From contig CAZOCP010000003.1 in the NCBI GenBank assembly GCA_964578345.1, positions 1,136-65,135 on the forward strand: a DNA stretch of 64,000 nt, given 5' to 3'. Under the pieces are notes generated by a model. The model did no database searches. It saw only the letters and a list, made by a program, of their open reading frames with translations, and was not told the DNA's origin. Numbering within the stretch: the first letter of the stretch is position 1; every line of letters begins with the position of its first letter. This document shows positions 1 to 8,841 of this stretch, piece by piece. Position numbers and translations under genes: made by a program. Source of the DNA: Candidatus Woesearchaeota archaeon (GTDB lineage: Archaea > Nanobdellota > Nanobdellia > Pacearchaeales > GW2011-AR1).

Positions 1-1231
1 CAGAAGAATCGTCAGAAGAACCGCCTCCGCCACCCTGATTATTAGTCTGTGGTTGAGGAGGAGGATTATTATCTGGAGGTGTTGTATCTGGAGGTGTTGT
101 TGATAAAAAGAATAAATCCCTGCTAGATCCAAAGATATTGGATACCTCTGCTTCTGGCAAAGCACGATTAAATATAACTACTTCATCAATAAATCCAGTG
201 AAATAACTATTTACGTAACGCCCAATATTCAATTGAAGAGGATCCTGAGTTAAACTCTTTGCTCCAATAACTTTAGTATAAACCTTAACTCCATCAACAT
301 AAAATGCTACTTCACCTCTAGGTGATTGAACAGGTGCTCCAGTGTTTGATGGAGTGTTTTGAATAGCTACTCCAGTAATTGCACCTCCATCAGGCGAGGC
401 TGTTGCATCACTATTAGGTGTGGTTGTTGCATCTTCACAAGGATAAGGCCCACCACAACCATAATCAGGCGTTCCACCTCCAGAAGAAGGAGGGGTTGTT
501 GTGTCCCCAGTAGACGGGACGTCAGAATCGGCTAATGGAGTATAGGTAAACGAATAATGATGCCACTTTTTATCAGAAAAGATATCTTTCACAACATATC
601 CAGAATCAAAAAATATCATATTAAGATTATTAGCTTCTCTTTTCATTTGTAAACCGTTATTTGGTCCCAAGTGAATTAATCCTCCAGGAAGTTGAGGATC
701 TACTATGCTACCATAAGGTTGAGTTGTTGTTTCGCCATAAGGTTGAGTTGTTGTTTCGCCATAAGGTTGAACAGCTGCCCCAATAATTGCACTTCCATAA
801 GGTTGAGTTGTTGTACTTCCATAAGTAGACACTAAATCGCTTTTAGCCCATAATGAAACAGTTATATCATCGCTTTTAATACTTGCTAATTCACCAAGAG
901 AAATATAGTCCCCTATCCCATCAAAATAAAGAGCTCTATTTCCTTTTTCAAAGGATCTATATTTTAAATTGCCATGTACAACTGGGTTATTGACTGCTGC
1001 AAAAGAATTGTCTTTGACTGCTGCAAAAGAAGTGTCTTGAATTCCACCTTGAAAATTATAATATAAAAGAACAGAAGGATCTTCAGTGAGTGGAGATAAA
1101 GATATTTTCTCTTTCTCCTCGTATGTAAACAACAGCACTAAAGAAGCAAGAATAATGAATCCCAAAACAAAAAAAGTCACGAAAAATTTAAGACTTTGAT
1201 CGTTATATTTCCTCTTTTTCAAACTCTTCAT
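1..1231 (-). CDS. Partial (C-terminus beyond window edge) secreted/membrane-anchored surface protein with two concanavalin-A-like (LamG/Laminin_G_3-type) lectin domains, (E)TTTQPYG tandem repeats and a Pro/Thr-rich tail
   Basis: Reverse translation from ATG at 1231-1229 gives MKSLKKRKYNDQSLKFFVTFFVLGFIILASLVLL (signal anchor). Then ...LYFDGIGDYISLGELASIKSDDITVSLWAK... and ...FTGFIDEVVIFNRALPEAEV, typical LamG_3 signatures. Runs to window start without a stop, so it is absent from the ORF track. Confidence 0.6.
   Translation of the reverse strand, partial: MKSLKKRKYNDQSLKFFVTFFVLGFIILASLVLLFTYEEKEKISLSPLTEDPSVLLYYNFQGGIQDTSFAAVKDNSFAAVNNPVVHGNLKYRSFEKGNRALYFDGIGDYISLGELASIKSDDITVSLWAKSDLVSTYGSTTTQPYGSAIIGAAVQPYGETTTQPYGETTTQPYGSIVDPQLPGGLIHLGPNNGLQMKREANNLNMIFFDSGYVVKDIFSDKKWHHYSFTYTPLADSDVPSTGDTTTPPSSGGGTPDYGCGGPYPCEDATTTPNSDATASPDGGAITGVAIQNTPSNTGAPVQSPRGEVAFYVDGVKVYTKVIGAKSLTQDPLQLNIGRYVNSYFTGFIDEVVIFNRALPEAEVSNIFGSSRDLFFLSTTPPDTTPPDNNPPPQPQTNNQGGGGGSSDDSS
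711..820. repeat. In-frame tandem 24-bp repeat (ccataaggttgagttgttgtttcg x ~4.5) inside the LamG surface protein gene, encoding (E)TTTQPYG repeats
   Basis: Direct reading: units at 711-734 and 735-758, a partial unit at 759-, and 795-818. Confidence 0.8.
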
Positions 1232-1294
1232 AAAAACTTGAAACTAATAATCTATTTAAACCTTTTCTTTTTCTGCTCTTTCAAAAATGACAAA

Positions 1295-1428
1295 ATCGCC
1301 AAACTCTCTGTGTTTGTACCTAGCCTCCTCAAGAATCCTTGATTCTTGATAGCCATCAGAAACTCAAAGAGTTTCTCAGCCTCAAGAACTCTATGTTCTT
1401 GACGGCCGCAGTTTGTTCTTCTGTATCC
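1295..1428. repeat. Hairpin-module repeat, family 1, degraded copy. The ORF 1252..1458(-) lies inside it and is judged spurious
   Basis: Shares >100 nt with 7294-7462 and 57568-57800: atcgccaaac(c/t)ctctgtgtttgtacct.gcctcctcaagaatccttgattcttgatagccatcagaaactcaaagagtttctcagcctcaa. Confidence 0.75.
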
Positions 1429-1492
1429 ATTAACATCTTTTAGCAAAAACATAAACATAAAAATTTAATAAACCAAATTTCCTGATAAATCA

Positions 1493-2803
1493 ATGAGTTA
1501 TGACATAATTTTAGGCAGAGACTCCTCTGACAAAGAAGTTTTTGGAGATAGTGGTTTAATTTTTCTAGGCAGAGGATATGTAAAAATGGGCAATCGAACC
1601 TCATTATCTAACAAAATATGGATGGACGTCGCGAGATCTCATGCAGTTTTAATAGCTGGAAAAAGAGGCTCTGGAAAATCATACACTTTAGCCGCAATTG
1701 CAGAAGAGCTTTCATCCCTCCCTCCGGAAAATGCAAAAAACATCTCTTCGCTTATATTCGATACAATGGGAATTTTCTGGACAATGAAATATAAAAACGA
1801 AAAAGACTCTTTGCTTTTAAAATCATGGAACCTAGAACCAAAAAATCTTCCTGTCAAAATATTCATTCCATATGGCAAAATAAATGAGTATCAAAAAAAT
1901 AGCATTCCCTTCGATTATCTATTCTCAATAAACGCCGGAGAATTAGAGCCGGAAGATTGGATAAATTTATTCAATCTCTCAATAACAAGCCAAATAGGAG
2001 TCTTGATTTCCAGAATAATATCAGAAACCAAAGAAAAAAACAGTGAAATAACTATTAAAGACATTCAAAGCTCAATCATGCAAGACAAGCACTCTTCTCA
2101 GGATGCCAAAGATATATCTCTTTCTCTATTTATTGCAGCAGATACCTGGGGAATATTTTCACAAGCAGATCAGTCAGCAAAAATTCTCAATTTAATCATA
2201 CCTGGAGCAACTTCTGTCTTAGACATTTCAACATACAGCTCATTAAACTCCTTCAACGTCAGGGCTCTTGTAATTAGTCTTGTTACAAGAAAATTATTCG
2301 AATCTCGATTAAAAGCCCGAAAAAAAGAAGAAATCGAATCAATAAGAAGAGGGCAGGACTATCTTTCATACAGCCCCTCAAGAAAAGAGCCTTTGATATG
2401 GATATTTATTGATGAAGCACATGAATTTCTTCCCCAAAATGAAAAAACTCCTGCTACAGATGCTCTTATTCAAATTATTAGAGAAGGAAGACAGCCGGGT
2501 ATTTCACTTGTATTAGCCACACAGCAGCCTGGAAAAATTCATCGGGATGTCTTGACTCAATCAGATATAATTATAGCCCATAGAGTTACATCAAAACAGG
2601 ACATTGAATCTCTAAATGAAATTATGCAGACTTATTTGATAGAAAATATCAAACAGCATATGGAATCTTTACCTTCGTTAAAGGGTTCTGCAATAATTCT
2701 AGACGATAATTCTGAGAGAATATATCCAATTCAAGTACGCCCCAGATTCACATGGCACGGAGGAGAAACTCCAGCATCAATTAAATCAAAAGTAAAGCTT
2801 TAA
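1493..2803 (+). CDS. HerA/FtsK-like P-loop ATPase (DUF87, AAA-like domain)
   Basis: Walker A AGKRGSGKSYTLAAI, Walker B IWIFIDEAHEF, C-terminal VLATQQPG...IIAHRVTS. Length 436 aa. Confidence 0.6.
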   Translation: MSYDIILGRDSSDKEVFGDSGLIFLGRGYVKMGNRTSLSNKIWMDVARSHAVLIAGKRGSGKSYTLAAIAEELSSLPPENAKNISSLIFDTMGIFWTMKYKNEKDSLLLKSWNLEPKNLPVKIFIPYGKINEYQKNSIPFDYLFSINAGELEPEDWINLFNLSITSQIGVLISRIISETKEKNSEITIKDIQSSIMQDKHSSQDAKDISLSLFIAADTWGIFSQADQSAKILNLIIPGATSVLDISTYSSLNSFNVRALVISLVTRKLFESRLKARKKEEIESIRRGQDYLSYSPSRKEPLIWIFIDEAHEFLPQNEKTPATDALIQIIREGRQPGISLVLATQQPGKIHRDVLTQSDIIIAHRVTSKQDIESLNEIMQTYLIENIKQHMESLPSLKGSAIILDDNSERIYPIQVRPRFTWHGGETPASIKSKVKL

Positions 2804-2958
2804 TTTGAGACCAAAACCCTCTCGCAGAATATCCGACGAAACTCTCGGCCCATGTATCGAAGATTTACTAAATAAAGAAAAGAAAGAAGAAAGTATTAAA
2901 GAGGCGCGTTTATTGACAATAGAAGCAATAAAATTATATGATGAATACCTCCCTAAGG

Positions 2959-3729
2959 TTAAGAAACCTTCAGATCAGCTCTCCAGCGGTAATTATAAGG
3001 GCCGATATCGCCGGCCTTCTTAACTTTAAGAATCTTAACTTTTTTCCCATTTTCTAAACCTTCTTTCAAGATGTTTCTTTTTATAGATGCTATCTCCTCC
3101 TCTTTGCAGAAAAAATAATAATGTATAATCCCCTTCTTCTTAATGCATAAAAAAGCAGAATCTAAAAAGCTGTCTTTTAAATTTGGGCGCGCCATAATAA
3201 TTCTATCAAATTTTTCATCTAAAGCAGGAATTTCTTTTCTTACATCTCCCCGTATCAATTTAATTTTCTCCTCGGCCTTATTTCTCCTGACATTTTCTCT
3301 AGCATATTTATTGCACTCTCTTCCTAATTCAATAGAAACAATTTTTTTCGGATATGAATTTTTAGCAATAACTATCGCATATGGTGCAACACCTCCAAAC
3401 ATAACCAAAACCTTTTCTCCTCCGCCAATCATGCCTGCAATTTTTAGTCTTTCACTCGCAAGTCTAGGAGAAAAATAACAGCTATCAACATTAAAGCGAA
3501 AAACGCATCCATTTTCTTTATACAAAACTTCCTTTGTCTTCTCGCCTAAAACCCATTTAGTTTTCAAAGTTCTGAGTCTTCCTTTAAATCTGCTGGTCTT
3601 TTCAAGAACACCTTTCACTGACGTATGGCGCCGAAGCAATTCAGTAGCAAATAATTTCTTTTCTTTTATTTTTACCCCTGTCTTGAATTTCACAATTGCA
3701 ATGTTTCCTAAAATATCATATGGCGCCAT
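2959..3729 (-). CDS. tRNA methyltransferase of the Trm5/Taw2 (Met-10+ like) family
   Basis: SAM-MTase motif LVMFGGVAPYAIVIA, IVSIELGRECNKYARENV, DRIIMARPN, KGIIHYYFF, collinear with archaeal Trm5/Taw2. The 256-aa size favours Taw2-like. Confidence 0.6.
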   Translation of the reverse strand: MAPYDILGNIAIVKFKTGVKIKEKKLFATELLRRHTSVKGVLEKTSRFKGRLRTLKTKWVLGEKTKEVLYKENGCVFRFNVDSCYFSPRLASERLKIAGMIGGGEKVLVMFGGVAPYAIVIAKNSYPKKIVSIELGRECNKYARENVRRNKAEEKIKLIRGDVRKEIPALDEKFDRIIMARPNLKDSFLDSAFLCIKKKGIIHYYFFCKEEEIASIKRNILKEGLENGKKVKILKVKKAGDIGPYNYRWRADLKVS

Positions 3730-4013
3730 CTCTTATGATATTACAAGAATATTAAATACCTATGCCTCAAAAAACCAATCCGCACTAAAGTGAGGGGAGT
3801 TTTCCAAGGCTTGCTCGGTTCAAAAAGCTTCAGGTTATAAAAAATTAAGCTTCTTTTGCATAACAAGAATATCTTCTAGCAATTTTTTTACGAATTTTTA
3901 CAATTCACCTTCTCAAATATTCTTCAAGGTTTTTCATAATGTTATTGAATCTTTGAACATCAGCATCAGCAAACATTTAAATATAAGCTCCCTGAATAAA
4001 TAGAAAAGAGACA

Positions 4014-4271
4014 ATGAATAAGATAATTGGTTACATTCTGGCATTACTGGGAATTCTAAGTCTGGCTGTAGGCACAATGCCCCAACTAAGAAAAGCATTA
4101 TCTTTCATTCCGGCAGAAATATCAAACAAAATACTCATTATAGCCGGAGTAGTAATTGTAGTTATCGGCATAATTCTTCTCTACAAAAAAGACTCTGGAA
4201 AAAAACTCGAAGAAGTCCCAATTTATCACGGAAAAGAGATCGTAGGTTATAGAAAGATCAAGCAGAAATAA
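4014..4271 (+). CDS. Small membrane protein (2 TM), hypothetical
   Basis: Hydrophobic segments ILALLGILSLAVG and IIAGVVIVVIGIILL. Confidence 0.4.
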   Translation: MNKIIGYILALLGILSLAVGTMPQLRKALSFIPAEISNKILIIAGVVIVVIGIILLYKKDSGKKLEEVPIYHGKEIVGYRKIKQK

Positions 4272-4295
4272 TAAGAAAATTATATTTCACAGCCG

Positions 4296-4420
4296 TCACA
4301 AAACCCTTCGGGTTTTAACCCCGCACTTTAGTGCGGGGCTTGTTCGTGGTTTTGTGACCGCCGGAGAAATCCTCACAAACAACCCCAGACTAAAGTCTAA
4401 GGATTTCTACGAGCGTTAAA
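4296..4420 (+). ncRNA. Candidate structured RNA/element (copy 1 of 2): UUCG-capped hairpin aaaaccc-ttcg-gggtttt, then ccccgcac-ttta-gtgcgggg, within a long closing helix gtcacaaaac...gttttgtgac
   Basis: Near-identical to 38648-38771. Between the copies the third hairpin carries paired substitutions (cctcggac/gtccgagg in copy 2). Intergenic location. Confidence 0.4.
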
Positions 4421-4441
4421 TAACCAAAATTAGAGAATAAT

Positions 4442-5227
4442 CTAAGAAGTCATTAAATTTTTAAGCTGTTTTTTCTTTAAAGCTATCTCTTCCTTCAAGT
4501 CACGCATCTGTTCAGCACTTGCGTTCCTTAACCTGCTTCGCAGTTCTTTAATTTCCTCAGTAATATCTATGGCCTCTATTCTTTTTGTTCTATCGGCCAT
4601 TTTATTTAAAGAACTCATCAAGAACATCGCATGGATATTCTTATCAAATATCAAAAGCAATGCAGAAATAACTGCAATGGCTGCATAAATCAATGCAAGA
4701 TTATAATACCATTCATTATGCCCAGAAATAAATAATTCATCCCATCTCACATAAGCTAAACCAGTAAATATCACAAGATAAGTAACCCACCCTACTTTCC
4801 TAATAACAGTACTGTCAAATCCTTCAATAAAAAAGAATCCAATAATAAATGGAAGAAAAGATGACAGAGCAATCCCTAAAACACCATAAGGAAGCCAAAT
4901 AAAATCTATCAAATAGTCATTAGTTAAATAGCGAACAGCTATGAGTGAAACAATTAAAGAAATAATAAATGCAAGAGAAGTATTTTCCCCCAATCTAGGA
5001 ATATTCTGAACAGCAGAATTTATAATAGCCAAAAGCAGAATAAAAACCAGAAATTTAATAAAAAGGATTTCCACACCTAAAGAAGAAGTTGATTTATTCT
5101 CAAAACCTCCAAAAGCAAATTCAAGTACATCCACAACGCCATCTGTAAAAGCATTTGCAGACACAAAAGGAATCAAAAAACTACTTGCAAACAAAAATAA
5201 AAAAATAAATGCACCAATCTTTTTCAT
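4442..5227 (-). CDS. Polytopic membrane protein with N-terminal signal and C-terminal coiled-coil tail, hypothetical (paralog of 5310..6098)
   Basis: MKKIGAFIFLFLFASS signal, multiple hydrophobic helices, C-terminal KELRSRLRNASAEQMRDLKEEIALKKKQLKNL. Confidence 0.5.
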   Translation of the reverse strand: MKKIGAFIFLFLFASSFLIPFVSANAFTDGVVDVLEFAFGGFENKSTSSLGVEILFIKFLVFILLLAIINSAVQNIPRLGENTSLAFIISLIVSLIAVRYLTNDYLIDFIWLPYGVLGIALSSFLPFIIGFFFIEGFDSTVIRKVGWVTYLVIFTGLAYVRWDELFISGHNEWYYNLALIYAAIAVISALLLIFDKNIHAMFLMSSLNKMADRTKRIEAIDITEEIKELRSRLRNASAEQMRDLKEEIALKKKQLKNLMTS

Positions 5228-5309
5228 AATATTATGGTAAATAAACTAGTATATAAATATTACTCTTCTCTCGGGCGTCATCCTCCAACTATCCAAAAAA
5301 CATTAATTT

Positions 5310-6098
5310 CTAAGAATTTGAAATCTTACGGACAAGTTCTGCCTGTTTATTTTGCAATTGTGTAAGAACCTCGCCAGTCGCGCTTTTTTGAAGTTCTAAA
5401 TTCCTCTGCAACTGCGCATTTAAATCAGCAATATATTCTCCCCTAGCACCCTGAACATTTCCCTTCATCGCTGTTTTCATCATCCTAAAAAAGATCGGCC
5501 TCTCAAAAAATAGCATAACCAGTGATAAAAGAAGAATAGCTAAATAAATCCACATATAATTACCAGGAGCATTCCATAAAAGAACAAACATCAATACAGC
5601 AAATCCTGCCCAAACCAGTTTGCTCAAATAAATATGTTCTTTTTCATACAATCTCTTCGCAATAACTGCTGCAGCACAGAAAGGAAGCAGCCCTACAATC
5701 AAAAGACCCAGCGCCTTGTAAGGATAAATTACTCCAACAATCTCAGCAGGCTCCAGATATAAAGTAGCTAAAATAGCAACTATAGCAGAAACCATGAAAG
5801 CAATCCAATTTTTCTCTCCAATAAAAGGAATCCATGGAGTTATCGCATATAAAATTAAAAGAACAAGCAAAAAGATAAGTATCCTGGAAAACAATTGAGA
5901 ATCAGCAAGTTTCTGAATAAAATCGCTGCCTGAAGCTCCAGTTACTCCGCCGCCAACAATCGTTTTAACAATTGAAACCACCTTGTCACCAGTAACTTCA
6001 GTTGTTTCAGTATGCAATAAGGTATGTTGAGCTGCAGCAGCACTTATCAGAAAAACTCCGATAAAAAAAATAACAAAAAATGCACCAATCTTTTTCAT
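5310..6098 (-). CDS. Polytopic membrane protein, tandem paralog of 4442..5227
   Basis: Same MKKIGAF start, same architecture and charged coiled-coil C-terminus. Confidence 0.5.
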   Translation of the reverse strand: MKKIGAFFVIFFIGVFLISAAAAQHTLLHTETTEVTGDKVVSIVKTIVGGGVTGASGSDFIQKLADSQLFSRILIFLLVLLILYAITPWIPFIGEKNWIAFMVSAIVAILATLYLEPAEIVGVIYPYKALGLLIVGLLPFCAAAVIAKRLYEKEHIYLSKLVWAGFAVLMFVLLWNAPGNYMWIYLAILLLSLVMLFFERPIFFRMMKTAMKGNVQGARGEYIADLNAQLQRNLELQKSATGEVLTQLQNKQAELVRKISNS

Positions 6099-6227
6099 AT
6101 TTCTTACATACCAAACAGCTATTTAAATATTTCCCCGCATAGGCTTTGTTAAACAAGTGTTATTCTTAGCTTACTTATTTAACATGATATTAGCAAGATT
6201 TATTAAGCTTTTTAACTTTTAATAATC

Positions 6228-6428
6228 ATGTCTAAGGAAGTTAATAATTATCTTCTTGTATCGGGGCTGATTTTCTTACTAATAACTCTGCTTCATTTAT
6301 TTAGAATAATTTTTCAGTGGGAAGCTGTATTTAATGGAAGAGAAATTCCTTTGTATGCTTCCTATATTGGCTTCATTATCGGAACTGTTTTAACTTATTA
6401 TGCGTTTAGATTGAGAAAATTTCAATAG
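6228..6428 (+). CDS. Small 2-TM membrane protein, hypothetical
   Basis: 66 aa, two hydrophobic helices, intergenic position. Confidence 0.3.
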   Translation: MSKEVNNYLLVSGLIFLLITLLHLFRIIFQWEAVFNGREIPLYASYIGFIIGTVLTYYAFRLRKFQ

Positions 6429-6552
6429 AGCACTTATCTTAGAAAACAATATATAGTGAATATTGTTTATAATTTTATAGAGAAGTTTGCAAAAGTCGAA
6501 AGTTCTCTATAAATTAAAATACAAAAATAAAGAGACTATTATTTAATATTCA

Positions 6553-7260
6553 ATGAATAAAAACACAAAAATCATTCTGCTGATGTTCTGCATATTAGCA
6601 ATCACAATAACAAATTTAGAAATAAAAAATACCAAAGCTCAAGACCCTAAAGAAATAATCCAAAAAAACATAGGTATCAACCCTGAAAATATCCCTCAAA
6701 ATCAAGATGAATTAAAAGAAGAGATAAAAAAGCGCTACCTTGAAAAAGAATGGTCAAACATAATCTCAAATATTACCATAATAGGGCCAATGCATAATTT
6801 TCTCCTTAAAAGCAAAAACATATTTATTGTGCCTTTTGGAGAACCGTATTCCTTCACTCCAACTTTCATCTTAATTGCGGTTTTATGGTTATATTTTTTT
6901 CTATTAATGTACGATATAATAAAAGGAAGTAAAATAGTCCAGAAAACTCCTGCATTTCTGATAAGCTTAGGAGCAGCGGTAATAATCGCCCAAACCGGAC
7001 TGATAAAAAATCTCGTCACAGGCGCTCTAACTCTTATTTATTCAAAAGAAGCATGGTGGCTCCGTATAATAATATTAATTCTATTATTTGGAGGTCTCTA
7101 TTTAGTCTACTTTATAGAAAAAAAGATAGGCCGAACAATCAGAAAAGAAAAGGAAAAACAGAAAATAGGAGAAATAAAAAAAGAAACAGAAGAATCTAAA
7201 TCATTTATAAAGGGCGTAAAAGAAGCTCAAAACATAACTAAAAAATATAAAATAACATAA
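6553..7260 (+). CDS. Membrane protein with signal peptide and Lys/Glu-rich C-terminus, hypothetical
   Basis: MNKNTKIILLMFCILAITITN signal, 3-4 TM helices, KEKEKQKIGEIKKETEESK tail. Confidence 0.45.
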   Translation: MNKNTKIILLMFCILAITITNLEIKNTKAQDPKEIIQKNIGINPENIPQNQDELKEEIKKRYLEKEWSNIISNITIIGPMHNFLLKSKNIFIVPFGEPYSFTPTFILIAVLWLYFFLLMYDIIKGSKIVQKTPAFLISLGAAVIIAQTGLIKNLVTGALTLIYSKEAWWLRIIILILLFGGLYLVYFIEKKIGRTIRKEKEKQKIGEIKKETEESKSFIKGVKEAQNITKKYKIT

Positions 7261-7293
7261 AAATAAACTATCAAACTTAAATTAATCCTAAGT

Positions 7294-7462
7294 ATCGCCA
7301 AACCCTCTGTGTTTGTACCTCGCCTCCTCAAGAATCCTTGATTCTTGATAGCCATCAGAAACTCAAAGAGTTTCTCAGCCTCAAAAATCCATAAAAGATT
7401 TTTGACCCGCTCAGGAATCAAAGATTTCTGACGTAAAAGCCGAGTTTTGTTTTCTGTATCAA
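7294..7462. repeat. Hairpin-module repeat, family 1 copy B. The ORF 7227..7421(-) lies inside it and is judged spurious
   Basis: Modules caagaatc-ctt-gattcttg, gaaactc-aaa-gagtttc, caaaaatc-cataaaa-gatttttg, tcaggaatc-aaa-gatttctga. Confidence 0.75.
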
Positions 7463-7622
7463 AAGCCGGAGAAGTATGAACGAAAGCGGCGAAGAAATCT
7501 TTATTTAATTCAGATTAGCTTTTTCTAACCTTTATTCTTTCTTTAAGCTCTTAAAAACAGATTCAAACAAATTAACACGTTAACCAAAAAGCTTATAAAG
7601 TTAATAATCTACTAATATATTA

Positions 7623-7955
7623 ATGAGAGAAATACTGGATAATGCTCATGAATTTCTAGAATCTACAGAAGACAATATAAAAAAAGAAAGATGGAATGCC
7701 GCAGTCTCCGACTTCTTTAAAGCAATCGCTGCTTTCTGTGATTATCTGATATACAAAGAAATAAAAAGACTTCCTAAAAAGCATAGCGAACGTTTTAGTC
7801 TATTGGAAAAATATTTTAATAATGTCTACCAGAAAGTCACTGAATTATTCAAAAAATATAGAGAATCATATAATTTAAGACTCAAAAAGGAGGATGCTTT
7901 AAAATCGAGAGCATATGCATATGAACTCAGAGACTTTATTAAGAATAAAGAATAG
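7623..7955 (+). CDS. HEPN-domain protein (toxin-like partner of the adjacent nucleotidyltransferase)
   Basis: Helical protein with R-x4-H motif RLPKKH. Overlaps the downstream MNT gene by 41 nt. Confidence 0.5.
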   Translation: MREILDNAHEFLESTEDNIKKERWNAAVSDFFKAIAAFCDYLIYKEIKRLPKKHSERFSLLEKYFNNVYQKVTELFKKYRESYNLRLKKEDALKSRAYAYELRDFIKNKE

Positions 7956-8448
7956 ATTAAAAAAATTCCTAAAAGATAAAGAGATCTTAGATATTATATT
8001 ATTTGGTTCTGTAATTAAAGGCAAATATCTACCGAGAGATATAGATCTAGCTTTTATAGCTAATAAAGAAATTAAACCGGAAATAGAGGGATTTCATATA
8101 AGCTTAATTAAACCGGAAGAATTCTTTACTGACCAGCCTTCAATAACGAACACTGTATTGAGAGAAGGTTTTAGCTTGAGAAAAAATGCTTTTTTTGTTG
8201 AAGGACTAAAATTCAAAAATAGGGTGCTCTTTACTTATAAATTAAATGACAAGAGGTTATCAGAAAAAGTTAAAATAGTTAATATCTTGCGTGGAAAGAA
8301 TAAAGAAAAAGGAATTGTTGAAGAATATGGCGGAAGATGGCTGGTAAACCAGGCATTTACTGTCCCAATAACTACGGAGCACATAATTGAATCTCTGCTT
8401 ATAAATCTAAAAATAAAATACTCAAAATCATATATATTAATACATTAA
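7915..8448 (+). CDS. Minimal nucleotidyltransferase (MNT, Pol-beta superfamily)
   Basis: ILFGSVIKGKYLPRDIDLAF, the GS-x9-13-DxD NTase signature. Confidence 0.65.
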   Translation: MHMNSETLLRIKNRLKKFLKDKEILDIILFGSVIKGKYLPRDIDLAFIANKEIKPEIEGFHISLIKPEEFFTDQPSITNTVLREGFSLRKNAFFVEGLKFKNRVLFTYKLNDKRLSEKVKIVNILRGKNKEKGIVEEYGGRWLVNQAFTVPITTEHIIESLLINLKIKYSKSYILIH

Positions 8449-8454
8449 CTAAAA

Positions 8455-8709
8455 ATGAAAGAAAATAGATCTAAGATTAACACATTAATAAAAAGAAAAA
8501 ATGTAATAAAATTGCTTAAAAAAAATGATATAAATAGAATATCGCCAAGAGCACTAGACAAAATAGAAAAATTAATTACAGAATACTTAATAAGTTTATC
8601 TGCCGCCCTAAAAGAAAAGATAATTACAAAAGGCAAAAAAACTCTGGAAGTAGAAGATATCTCGGAGACTCTTGATAAGAGAAATTCTGAACAATACTGG
8701 GAAATTTGA
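8455..8709 (+). CDS. Histone-fold protein (archaeal histone / NF-Y-like)
   Basis: ISPRALDKIEKLITEYLISLSAALKEKIITKGKKTLEVEDISETL is collinear with the archaeal histone core (...RKTIKAEDIELA...). Confidence 0.5.
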   Translation: MKENRSKINTLIKRKNVIKLLKKNDINRISPRALDKIEKLITEYLISLSAALKEKIITKGKKTLEVEDISETLDKRNSEQYWEI

Positions 8710-8841
8710 TCTCATCTCTTCTTTTATTCTTCCTTCAATCTTTCAAGAATTTCCTTCTCAGAGGCAGTAAAAACGTTCAAATAAAGTTTATAAACAAACT
8801 AAAAATTTTCTTGCTAATCTAAGTTTATGTAAATATATAAT

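Noticed and set aside
1252-1458. ORFs 1252..1458(-) and 7227..7421(-) sharing the peptide EAEKLFEFLMAIKNQGFLRR.GTNTE.LAIL
   Set aside because: Both lie entirely inside copies of the family-1 hairpin repeat. The shared 'protein' is a translation of the repeated DNA; they have no start context and are hairpin-dense.
2805-3023. ORF 2805..3023(+) downstream of the DUF87 ATPase
   Set aside because: TTG start, no motif, and partly antisense to the 3' end of the Trm5/Taw2 gene. Probably non-coding.
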